The notes below the pieces were generated by a model. It worked only from the letters and a program-made list of their open reading frames with translations. It did no database searches and had not been told where the DNA came from. A program made the position numbers and the translations under genes. A stretch of 63,522 nt of DNA, the filler included, from Octopus bimaculoides (Eukaryota), in assembly GCF_001194135.2 (NCBI RefSeq). It is 8 parts of 8 records of this genome, joined end to end, with 100 filler letters (N's around TTAATTAATTAA, not from the genome) between each part and the next. Parts side by side here need not be neighbours in the genome. Positions count along the whole stretch, not along the records: positions 15,416 to 40,839 come from NC_068983.1; 7 more parts are not named here. One strand, given 5' to 3'. The stretch's first letter is position 1. Each line of letters opens with the position of its first letter. Shown one piece after another: positions 25,732-36,165 of this stretch.

Positions 25732-25822
25732 TAAATGTCTGTGACTGTAAAGAAACCATCAGTGAGTTTGAAATGCTGTCCAAAAATCACAGTAAATTCC
25801 TTGAAAACATTGAAACTATGAG
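25732..25822 (+). CDS. HAUS6: HAUS6 exon 8 (visible)
   Basis: ttttccaatttAG / GTacgt; NVCDCKETISEFEMLSKNHSKFLENIETM; phase 1 to 2. Confidence 0.8.
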
Positions 25823-26099
25823 GTACGTTTTTTTTTTTTTTTTCTATTTCTTTGTTTACACACTTTTTGATTTTACTCCATGCCTTTCTCTGATCTTTTC
25901 TGCTGTAGTTTCTCTCGATTCTCCCAATTTTTTAATCAAATCAGTGTCACATCTTGTTTGTCTGCCATTCTTTTAGAACACTTTTTGGGGAACTATTTTC
26001 ATCAATCACCCCAAAATATATCTATTTACACCAGTGTTACCTGCTTGATTTGGAAGGAAGAAAATCGTAGATTCTTAGAATTCAAAATCTATTTATGTG

Positions 26100-26900
26100 G
26101 AGAATAAAACTCCATAAGATGTACCCAGTGTACGCTATAGATGCATAAGAGGTGCGGCAACATCAAAGGAAGGTTAACCGGGAAGATAGCTTTCATGTGC
26201 GGCAGATGCAACAGGGTAATAAACACCACAGATGCTCAGAAAACAGATCCCATCACATGCCAGGGAGAGAAACTAGAAATAGTTGATAGCTTCTGCTACA
26301 TAGGTGACCAAGTCTGTAGTGGGGGTGGATGCTCATAGAGCGTTACCACTAGAATAAGAATAGCCTGGGCAAAGTTCAGAAAGCTCCTACCTCTGCTGGT
26401 GACAAAGGTCATCTTGCTCAGAGTGAAAGGTAGATTGTACGATGCATGTGTATGAACTTCCGTGCTTCATGGCAGTGAAACATGGGCTGTGACTGCTGAA
26501 GACATGCGTAAGCTTGAAAGAAATGAAGCTAGCATGATCCGCTGGATGTGTAATGTCAGTGTGCACTCACACCAGTGTAAGCGCCTTGAGAGAAATGTTG
26601 GACATAAGAAGCATCAGATGTAGCGTGCAAGAGAGACGATTGCGCTGGTATGGTCATGTACTACGTATGGAAGAGGAGGGCTGTGTGAAGAAGTGTCACT
26701 TCCTAACAGTGGAAGGAACCCGTGGTAGAGGGAGACCCAAGAAAACATGGGATGAGGTGGTGAAGCATGACCTTCGAACGTTGGGCCTCACAGAGGCAAT
26801 AACAAAAGACTGAGACCTCTGGAGATATGCTGTGACTGAGAAGACCTGGCAAGTAAAATGAGATCACCGCTGTAGCCTACACCAGTGTCACATAAACAGC
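26100..26900 (+). mobile_element. RTE-clade LINE, 5'-truncated ORF2 fragment
   Basis: EKLEIVDSFCYIGD...RIRIAWAKF...VLHGSETWA...RRLRWYGHVLRMEEE...GTRGRGRPKKTWDEVVKHDL...DLWRYAV, with stops and a frameshift. Confidence 0.92.
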
Positions 26901-27180
26901 CCACTTAAAAAAATGTACTGCGATAGGAGAACCATGATATGGCAAGGAATTACTGTATTTAGAATAACCATTGTAGAATAGGTGTGAAGGATGGATTTGT
27001 CCAGGTTTAACTTAAAAGCAGGTGGGATATTTGCACTGGATATGGCTAGTTTAAATGCTAAAGGCTTAAACAAGAACTAAAACTATAATACTTTATCTTT
27101 TATTTTATTTATAGTTTTTTTTTGTTTTGTTTTTTTGCTTATTTCTTGTTTTCTCACTAAATTTGTTTATTAACTTTCAG

Positions 27181-27280
27181 ACAAGAAATGACAGATGTCT
27201 TAGAAGAGTCAAAGGATTCTGTACACTATTTGACTGAAAAACTTTGTGATAATTGTGATAAAGTGGATGCTAAGAATTTG
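27181..27280 (+). CDS. HAUS6: HAUS6 exon 9 (visible)
   Basis: taactttcAG / GTgagt; QEMTDVLEESKDSVHYLTEKLCDNCDKVDAKNL; phase 2 to 0. Confidence 0.8.
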
Positions 27281-28493
27281 GTGAGTAAGGGTTTACATTT
27301 ACTGTTTCAGGCATGGCTATGTAGTTAAGAAGCTCATTTTGTAACCACATGGTTTCGGGTTCAGTCCCAGTGCATGGCACCTTAGCCAAGTGTCTGCTAT
27401 TATAGCCCTGGACCAACCAATACCTGTCTAAGTGAATTTGGTGACCAGAAACTGAGTGTGGAAGCCTATTGTGTGCTGTTTGTGATTGCCCACCTACCAC
27501 TGCTAGACAACCTGTGTTGGTTTGTTTATGTTCCTGTAACTTAGTTCAGTAAAAGAGACTGATAGAATAAATTCTAAACTTAGAAAGTAAGAACTGGGGT
27601 TGATTGGTTTAACTAAACCCTCGGCTGTGGTGCTCCAGCAAGGCCACAGTAACACATGACTGAAACAAGTAAAAGATAAAAATTGATTTTATTATTGTCA
27701 GTTTAACATTTGTTTTTTTTTTGGTCTTGTAATTTCTTGGTGACCCTGTCAGTGCAGATGCCATTTAAAAGCACCCAGTCCACGCTGTAAAGTGGTTGGT
27801 GTTTGGAAGGGCATCCAGCTGTAAAAACCTTGCCAAAACTAACCTCACCTGTGCTTGTGCCACATAAAAACCACTAAGTCTACTCTGCTGGACCGTTAGA
27901 GTTAGGAAGGGCATCCATTGAGGGAGTTAAAATATGAGAGAAGAGGTCAGAACAGGTTTATTGCTGTAGAGAAACAATGTGGTTATGATGTACTACTTTT
28001 AGCTTCATCTTTTAAAATTCACTTGCAGGTCTTTGTTTAGCCCATGGTCATAGTAGAAGACATGGGCTATTATGTCTTCTATGGAATAATAGAAGACATA
28101 ATGGAATGGAAATGAACCTGGAATCACATGGTTGTGAACATGTCTACACTTCATTTAGTTCTCACAAATTAGGTTCTTCTTGTATTTTTTTGTCGTTATT
28201 TCAGTTCCAAGGCGGCAAACTGGCAGAATCATTAGCATGCTGGACAAAACACTTAGCAGTATTTCGCTCATTGCTACATTCTAAGTTCAAATTCTGCCGA
28301 AGTTGACTTTGCCTTTCATCCTTTCAGGGTCAATGAATTAAGTACCTGTTGCATACTGCGACTGGCTCCTCCCCCAAGATTTCAGGCCTTGTACCTATAG
28401 TAGAAAAGATTATTTCAGTGTAGGTTATTCTATTTTCAAATATATTTTTGAGATTTAATTTTATCTCTTTTGTTTTTTTGTCTTTTTTTTCAG

Positions 28494-28596
28494 GTCATGA
28501 TTCCACATTCACCACCACCCGAGAATTTTTTATTAACGCCTGGAAAGAAAGACCATTTATCACAATCTGGAAAATCTATTATAGATTCTACAACAA
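28494..28596 (+). CDS. HAUS6: HAUS6 exon 10 (visible)
   Basis: tttttttcAG / GTgggt (donor chosen for phase compatibility); VMIPHSPPPENFLLTPGKKDHLSQSGKSIIDSTT; phase 0 to 1. Confidence 0.7.
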
Positions 28597-28699
28597 GTGG
28601 GTTACTAGATAAATGGCTATTTTGTCTTGCTTGCTTTATAGCTTTTTGTTTTTTTGTCATAATAATTTCATACTTGGCATATCTCAAACTACTTCTTAA

Positions 28700-28911
28700 C
28701 CATTTAGCATTCAGATTTCTCTGTCAAATATAATGTTTATTTATTCATATTATTTTGAATTAATCCTAATTGTCTTTGAGATTTTGATGATGTGACAGTT
28801 TATTTTTAGAATGACATTGTAGAGTAGGTGTGAGAGGCTGGATCTGGCTAGCTTGAACACAAAACAGATAGAATATTTGGGCTGGATATGGCTGGTTTGA
28901 AAGCTAAAGGG
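28700..28911. mobile_element. piggyBac-type MITE
   Basis: ttaa|ccatttagc ... gctaaaggg|tcaa termini (TTAA-like target, CCC-type TIR); half copies near 26960-27070 and 34098-34230. Confidence 0.7.
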
Positions 28912-30257
28912 TCAATATTGGATAATTACAATAACTTTATTATCAATGTCATGTAACAGGTATGGTTATGTAGCAAGAAGTTTACTTCCCAGCCATGTGG
29001 TTTGGGGGTTCGGTCTCACTATATGACACCTTGGGCAAGTGTTCTCTACTATAGCCCCAGGTTGTCTGTGAGTGGATTTGGTTTATGAAAACTGAAAGAA
29101 GCCTGTCATATGTGTCCTCACCATGAAAACATGTCTGGTCAAGTGTAAATATTACTTTGCTTGGAAATAGGTGAGGGTTGGTAACAGGAAGGGCATCCAA
29201 CCATAGAAAATCTTCAACAAATTCTGTCTGATCTATGCAAACCTGGAAAAGTGGATATTAAACAATCATCATCATTTAATGTCCATTTTCCATGCTGGCA
29301 TGGGTTGGATCATTTGACTGGAGCTGACAAGCTGGAGGGCTGCACCAAGCTCCAGTTGTCAGTTTTGGCATGATCTTTATAGCTGGATGCCCTTCTTAAC
29401 ACCAACCACTATACAGAGTGTATTGGGTGTCTTTTATATATTACCGGCATGAGTACCTTTTACATATCACCAGCACATGATGATAAGAAATCTGTTCAAC
29501 ATAAATTACTCTGACTGGGGTCGTGGCTCCAGTCATGACATCCACATGCCTCATGGTCACGGTAGATGAGGAGGTGTCTCACAGAGATGGGAACTGACTG
29601 AGACACTGCTCAGAGGGTTACCCAGGAAGACCCAAGCAGATACTAACAAATGGTAGATACAGTAATGTTCTGCTGTGGTGCAGACCCCCATACCTGACCT
29701 GACCGTCACAAATATGAGAGACCGCTCTTATCATATCTTGGTTTAATTGACTGTAAGTTGAGCTACTTTTTAAAGTTATCTGTACATAGATGGTTAATGG
29801 GTTGAATTTGGTACTGAAGAAAGAATAATAACTCTTGAAATATGCATATACACCAGTTACCTATTTCTCTCTCTCTGATCGCATTGTTTACATAGACATA
29901 TTCTTATATGAAATGTAACTTTCAGTGTTGCCTTTAATTTCTATATAATATCTGTAGTCCTAACTTTAAAAAGTGATTATATTGCACTGCTAACACAGGT
30001 AGGACACAGCATTGACTTATAAGCCTTTAGCATAATAGTATATTATAGTTGCATAACAAAATACTGTGTTCCTACCAATAATTAATGTTAGTTGAGTGTA
30101 TAGACATAAAGTCACTAATTTAATCAATACATTGCTGAAAATTTAATTTCTACAATTACNNNNNNNNNNTTTGGTTTTCTTATATTGTTGCTTATCCTAA
30201 CTATTTTGTTTGTTATGTTTTTTTTTTTTGTTTTTTTTTTTTCTATATCAACTTTAG

Positions 30258-30372
30258 TTCTAAATTCTGAAGAAGAAGCTAAGAAGATTCTGGAAGCTGC
30301 TACCATTGCTGTTCAAAATTGTACTGAAAAGAAACCAATAAATCTGATTGATACAGTTAAGAAAAATAGAAT
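30258..30372 (+). CDS. HAUS6: HAUS6 exon 11 (visible; 3' boundary uncertain)
   Basis: caactttAG acceptor; LNSEEEAKKILEAATIAVQNCTEKKPINLIDTVKKNR; donor GTaaat at 30373 (phase 2) or weaker GTtaag at 30356 (phase 0). Confidence 0.7.
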
Positions 30373-30648
30373 GTAAATATTGTATTCTTATTCTTATTAT
30401 TATGGTGGCAGCAGTGGTGAGCTGGCAGAATCGTTAGCATGCCGGGTGAAATGCTTAGTGGTATTTCGTCTGTTGCTATGCTCTGAGTTCAAATTCTGCC
30501 AAGGTTCACTTTGCCTTTCAACCTTTCAGGGTCAATAAATAAGTTCCATTCAAGTACTGGGGGTCAATGTGATCAATTGTCCCCCTCTCCACCAAAAATC
30601 CAGGCCTTTAGTAGAAAAGATTATTATTATTATGTTTGTCTATAGTGT

Positions 30649-31030
30649 TTGTTGGCACTCCGTTGCTTACGATGACGAGGGTTCCAGTTGATCCGATCAA
30701 CGGAACAGCCTGCTTGTGAAATTAACATGCAAGTGGCTGAGCACTCCACAGACACGTGTACCCTTAATGTAGTTCTCGGGGATATTCAGCGTGACACACA
30801 GTGTGACAAGGCTGACCCTTTGAATTACAGGCACAACAGAAACAGGAAGTAAGAGTGAGAGAAAGTTGTGGTGAAAGAGTACAGCAGGGTTCGCCACCAT
30901 CCCCTGCTGGAGCCTCGTGGAGCTTTAGGTATTTTCGCTCAATAAACACAACGCCCGGTCTGGGAATCGAAACCGCGATCCTATGACCGCGAGTCCGTTG
31001 CCCTAACCATTGGGCCATTGCGCTTCCACA
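30649..31030 (-). mobile_element. SINE family D, full copy with 11-bp TSD
   Basis: Head gtggaagcgcaatggcccaatggttaggg...ggtttcgattccc; gtctatagtgt flanks both sides (30638-30648, 31031-31041). Second copy 47216-47497 (-). Confidence 0.9.
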
Positions 31031-32183
31031 GTCTATAGTGTAGAGATCAATTAAAGCATTAAGTTACTGTCCTAAAGGTTATTAGTTCAAATTCACTCAC
31101 CAGCTGTGGTTAGTTAAACAGATGAGTGTTTTCCATTTCACTTCATCATCATTACCATCTTTTTCCTTCTTTATCATTTAACATCTATGTTCCATCCTGG
31201 CATGGGCTGGATGTTTTTCTACAGAACCTGATGAGTCCAAGAACTGTATTGCAATCTCAGAAGGGTTTGGAGTTAAGATGGTTAGGGTCACCTTTACTCT
31301 CATACCTCACACCTTTTAGCCCTTTAGCATTCACATTCATCATCATCATCATCGTCATCATTTAACATCCACCTTCTGTGCTGGCATGGGTTGGACAATT
31401 TACCAGGAACTGGCCAGACAGGAGACCGCGTTAAACTTCTGTGTCTTGTTTTGGCATGGTTTTTACGGCTGGTCAAATGTCCTTCCTAACACCAACCACC
31501 CAGCAGAGTGGACAAAACGCTTATTTATACTCATTGTTTTANNNNNNNNNNNNNNNNNNNNNNNNNNNNNNNNNNNNNNNNNNNNNNNNNNNNNNNNNNN
31601 NNNNNNNNNNNNNNNNNNNNNNNNNNNNNNNNNNNNNNNNNNNNNNNNNNNNNNNNNNNNNNNNNNNNNNNNNNNNNNNNNNNNNNNNNNNNNNNNNNNN
31701 NNNNNNNNNNNNNNNNNNNNNNNNNNNNNNNNNNNNNNNNNNNNNNNNNNNNNNNNNNNNNNNNNNNNNNNNNNNNNNNNNNNNNNNNNNNNNNNNNNNN
31801 NNNNNNNNNNNNNNNNNNNNNNNNNNNNNNNNNNNNNNNNNNNNNNNNNNNNNNNNNNNNNNNNNNNNNNNNNNNNNNNNNNNNNNNNNNNNNNNNNNNN
31901 NNNNNNNNNNNNNNNNNNNNNNNNNNNNNNNNNNNNNNNNNNNNNNNNNNNNNNNNNNNNNNNNNNNNNNNNNNNNNNNNNNNNNNNNNNNNNNNNNNNN
32001 NNNNNNNNNNNNNNNNNNNNNNNNNNNNNNNNNNNNNNNNNNNNNNNNNNNNNNNNNNNNNNNNNNNNNNNNNNNNNNNNNNNNNNNNNNNNNNNNNNNN
32101 NNNNNNNNNNNNNNNNNNNNNNNNNNNNNNNNNNNNNNNNNNNNNNNNNNNNNNNNNNNNNNNNNNNNNNNNNNNNNNNNNNN

Positions 32184-32418
32184 GGGTGGCTGTGGTGGTT
32201 AAAAAGTTTGCAGGGGTGGCTGTGGTGGTTAAAAAGTTTGCAGGGGTGGCTGTGGTGGTTAAAAAGTTTGCAGGGGTGGCTGTGTGGTTAAGAAGTTTTC
32301 AGGGGTAGCTGTGGTGCTTAAGATGTTTTCAAGGGTGGCTGTGTGTTTAAGACGTTTGCAGGGGTGGCAGTGTGGTTAAGACGTTTGCAGGGGTGGCAGT
32401 GTGGTTAAGAAGTTTGCT
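32184..32418 (+). repeat. 29-30 bp minisatellite derived from the SINE A 5' end
   Basis: Seven visible units ggggtggctgtg(g)tggttaa(a/g)aagtttgca followed by an eighth that continues as a normal SINE head (cttcccaatcacatgg...); runs into the gap on the left. Confidence 0.9.
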
Positions 32419-33139
32419 TCCCAATCACATGGTTTGAGGTTCAATCCCATTGCGTGGCACCTTAAGCCAGTATCTTCTACCACAGCCCCAGGTTGACCAA
32501 ACATTTTTAAGTGGATTTGATAGAAACTGAAAGAAGTCCATCATTATTATTATTTAACATCCGTTGTCCATGCTGGCATGGGTTGGATGGTTTGACCAGA
32601 GCTGACAAGCTGGGGAGTTAGACCAGGCTCCAGTCTGATTTGGTATGGTTTCTATGGCCGGATGCCCTTCCTAATGCCAACCACTTTACAGTGTGTGCTG
32701 GGTACTTTTATGTGGCACTACACAAGTGTTTTTCCATGGCACTGTACAGGCACTATTACACAACCAGAAGGATCAGTCTTAACACTTCTGCTGTGGGTTA
32801 TGGGTCTTCTTGAGTACAGCAAGGCACCAGATATTTTGGTCCTTTGTTGTCTCACCTGAAAGGTTCAGCTCCCTGAGATTGTTCTTCAGTACTAGAATTA
32901 CTAGTACTACTACTACTACTGCTACTATGATCTGGCAGGATCATTGGTACGCCAAACAAAATACTTTGTAGCATTTCATCTGTCTTTACATTCTGAGTTC
33001 AGATTCTGTTGAGGTTGACTTTTGCCTTTTCATCCTTTTGGGGTTGATAAACAAATTACCTACTGAGCAGTGGCGTTGATTTAATCAACCTACCCCTTCC
33101 CCTAAAAAAATTTCAGGCCTTGTTCTATTACTAGAAAGG

Positions 33140-33172
<33 letters not shown>

Positions 33173-33937
33173 GAGTGCATGCCATCAAAGTGACACTGGG
33201 ATAAAATATATGAAACCCAGTATGCCTGTTATGATTACCCTTCTGATAAGGGTACACCAGGCACATGCATCAGAACCATATGTGCGCGACATGGTAATCT
33301 CAAGATAAACAGCGCATGACCTTGCAGTGAGGCCCAGTTAGAATTTTCTTCAGGTCGTGTAGCCCATCCCACTCAAAAGATCCCTGAATAAAGGTTGTTT
33401 AAGGATGTTGAACAAAACACCCATGTTTCCAAAAGTGAATTATTCAAACCCCAAAGAATTCCTCTCAACACATGGCTATGATGCTCCCTAACTACTTCTG
33501 CTCATGATCAGAGATGCACATATCATCAGTCACTAAGGGACATGCTCAACTGGTTATGGTCAAACAACTNNNNNNNNNNAGGTCGTGTAGCCCATCCCAC
33601 TCAAAAGATCCCTGAATAAAGGTTGTTTAAGGATGTTGAACAAAACACCCATGTTTCCAAAAGTGAATTATTCAAACCCCAAAGAATTCCTCTCAACACA
33701 TGGCTATGATGCTCCCTAACTACTTCTGCTCATGATCAGAGATGCACATATCATCAGTCACTAAGGGACATGCTCAACTGGTTATGGTCAAACAACTGAC
33801 AAGCAAATTTGTGGCATTGAGCGGAATATTTGCTGTAGCCCATCTTTTATCCCAAGACAAAAGAATGTACATGATAACACTTCCAATCAATTAAGATCAG
33901 AAGCCATGAGAGCCAATGCCTAGTACTGCATCAGGGC
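33173..33937. repeat. Unclassified interspersed repeat flanked by (TTA)n on both sides
   Basis: Complex non-coding block between two TTA arrays; contains an assembly-duplicated 218 bp around a 10-N gap. Its status as a dispersed repeat is from recollection, not shown in this window. Confidence 0.5.
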
Positions 33938-33985
33938 AATTTATTATTATTATTGTTGTTGTTATATATTTTTCATCTATTTCAG

Positions 33986-34087
33986 AATATTGATAACACA
34001 AAGACATCTTCATTACCAAGAGCAACTCGAAATAAGGTCCCTGCAAAACCCAGCCATGAAAAGGCCATGAAAGACTATGTATCATCT
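33986..34087 (+). CDS. HAUS6: HAUS6 exon 12 (visible)
   Basis: catctatttcAG / GTaagt; 34 codons NIDNTKTSSLPRATRNKVPAKPSHEKAMKDYVSS; phase 0 to 0. Confidence 0.7.
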
Positions 34088-34529
34088 GTAAGTTAATTTA
34101 ACCCTTTAGCATTTAAACCAGCCAAATCCAGCTCAAATATTCTACCTGTTTTATATTAAAACCAGATAGGTCCAGCCTCTCACACCTATCCTACAATGTC
34201 ATTCTAAAAAATAAACAACTCTCAAAGTTACAAGTTCTTGCTTGTAAATTAGTGTGGATTATAAGGGCTGGATCGTCAGGGTTGTATCTGTATTATAAAG
34301 TCTTAAAATTGTGTTTTGTTTGCCCTGGATCACTCTTGATCAATTCAAGACTCAGATTAAAGGTATTGCATGCAGGCCCATTCCATCCTTCCTATAATCA
34401 TTGTTTGTTTAAGGCTGTATTATCCAAAGTGCCTTTCCCTTTGTAAGATGGTAGAATATGATNNNNNNNNNNTTGTAATTATGTAGGTGGTGGTGGTAGA
34501 AGTCATCTGTTTTGTTTATTTCATTACAG

Positions 34530-34590
34530 GTCGTTGATTATTACAAAACTGGTGGAAATGCTGACCTTCAAGATGTTACAGAAGCTTTGT
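34530..34590 (+). CDS. HAUS6: HAUS6 exon 13 (visible)
   Basis: ttcattacAG / GTatgt; VVDYYKTGGNADLQDVTEAL; phase 0 to 1. Confidence 0.75.
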
Positions 34591-34730
34591 GTATGTATAC
34601 CATTGACAATTTCCTCACTAACACTCTGTTATAATAATGGTATTGTTGTTTTGTGGCTATAGGCTAGTCAGCTTTGACTGAGCAGAATTATTTATTGCAG
34701 GTGGCCCATCAACTAAGCATAACTCTAGAC

Positions 34731-34971
34731 CAGGGGTTCTCAGCCATTTTTTATCTATGGACCCCTTTGGTTACTATTTTACTCTGGTGGACCCCCATAG
34801 CTATTCAGTGTTTAAAAACTAGTTTTATAGAAACTTCTTCCAAAATTCCTATTTTGTTTTTCACACATTAACTTGTGTAGATTCAACTATGTAAAAATGT
34901 TAGAGAAAGAAGCCTTGCTGTTTCTTGCAATATATACCAATACATATATTGAAAGCAGAATTTTTTTAGAG
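34731..34971. mobile_element. Left part of a Charlie-type hAT MITE (right end in gap)
   Basis: caggggttctca TIR preceded by ctctagac, the nTCTAGAn target typical of Charlie elements; internal ggacccc motifs as in the 20337 element. Confidence 0.65.
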
Positions 34972-35319
34972 GNNNNNNNNNNNNNNNNNNNNNNNNNNNN
35001 NNNNNNNNNNNNNNNNNNNNNNNNNNNNNNNNNNNNNNNNNNNNNNNNNNNNNNNNNNNNNNNNNNNNNNNNNNNNNNNNNNNNNNNNNNNNNNNNNNNN
35101 NNNNNNNNNNNNNNNNNNNNNNNNNNNNNNNNNNNNNNNNNNNNNNNNNNNNNNNNNNNNNNNNNNNNNNNNNNNNNNNNNNNNNNNNNNNNNNNNNNNN
35201 NNNNNNNNNNNNNNNNNNNNNNNNNNNNNNNNNNNNNNNNNNNNNNNNNNNNNNNNNNNNNNNNNNNNNNNNNNNNNNNNNNNNNNNNNNNNNNNNNNNN
35301 NNNNTTTTTTTCTTTACAG

Positions 35320-35403
35320 CTATAGATGCTTTTCAATCAAAGGACAAATTGGCTCGCAGTCCAGTAAAGCAACCAGACCACCAGAAGCTAATGTTGCCTA
35401 AAG
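35320..35403 (+). CDS. HAUS6: HAUS6 exon 14 (visible)
   Basis: tttctttacAG / GTatta; (S)IDAFQSKDKLARSPVKQPDHQKLMLPK, resembling the recalled HAUS6 motif PFLTRNQIPRTP; phase 1 to 1. Confidence 0.8.
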
Positions 35404-35424
35404 GTATTATTATTATTATTATTA

Positions 35425-35560
35425 TTTTATTGTCTTTGCATAGCTTCTAACGCTGGAGATGTACTACAGTATCAGCTGTTCACTACCAGTGAACTAAGGT
35501 AACACCCCTTATTTTTCGAGCACCATCCGGAGTATTCAAGCAGTTCCAAGCAGTGATACC
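35425..35560 (-). mobile_element. R4/Dong-clade LINE extreme 3' end with (AAT)n tail
   Basis: Minus strand LLGTA*ILRMVLEK* (recalled R4 end LLGTARILRKVL), then a short 3' UTR ending in aataataat. Confidence 0.7.
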
Positions 35561-36029
35561 ATTGTTATTATTGTTGTTATTATTTTCCACAAAGGTCAAC
35601 TTTGCCTTTCATCCTTTCAGGGTTGATAAATTAAGTACCAGTGAAACACTGGGGGTCAATGTGATTGATTAGTCCCCCTCTCCACAAATTTGAGGCCTTG
35701 TGCTTCTAGCAGAAAGGATTATTGTTATTATTACTACTCCTACTACTACCGCTACTTAGGCAGCAAGCTGGCAGAATCAGTTGCACACCAGGCAAAACGC
35801 TTAATGACATTTTGTCTGACTTTACGTTCTGAGTTCAAATTCTGCTGAGGTCTACTTTGCCTTTCAATTTTTTCCGGGGTCGATAAAACAAGTACCAGTT
35901 GAGCACTGGGAGGTCAATGTAATCAACTTGTCCCCTCCTCTAAAATTGTTGGCCTTGTGTCAAAATTTGAAATCATCATCATTATTATTATTATTTATTA
36001 TTATTATTATTGTTGTTGTTGTTATTGTG

Positions 36030-36165
36030 AGAGTGACTATTCCTGATGCTTGCTTTTGATTTAGTTGTCCAGATTTCATCACCTCTTTCTCAGTCTTCTG
36101 CTGCCCTCCCTGAGTCAGTGAAATTAAGGCCTGTCCACTCTTTGATGTTAACCCAGGTAACAACC
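36030..36165 (-). mobile_element. Second RTE-type (BovB-like) LINE 3' fragment
   Basis: Minus strand encodes NIKEWTGLNFTDSGRAAED*ER, matching the recalled RTE end motif WxDNIKEWTG...AEDRxxW. Confidence 0.55.

Noticed and set aside
30960-31030. tRNA genes at SINE heads (families A, B, D)
   Set aside because: A/B-box-like motifs are present, but they continue into SINE bodies and tails and I could not build a full cloverleaf.
31228-31245. CTGATGAGTCC hammerhead core
   Set aside because: No downstream GGAC-GAAA to close helix II; part of a degraded family C repeat.
32184-32418. CRISPR-like array
   Set aside because: Units are contiguous with no unique spacers, derive from a SINE head, and there are no cas genes in this eukaryotic context.
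33352-33797. Perfect 218-bp tandem duplication (also 41 bp at 23226-23317)
   Set aside because: Identical copies sit either side of 10-N gaps: unmerged contig overlaps.
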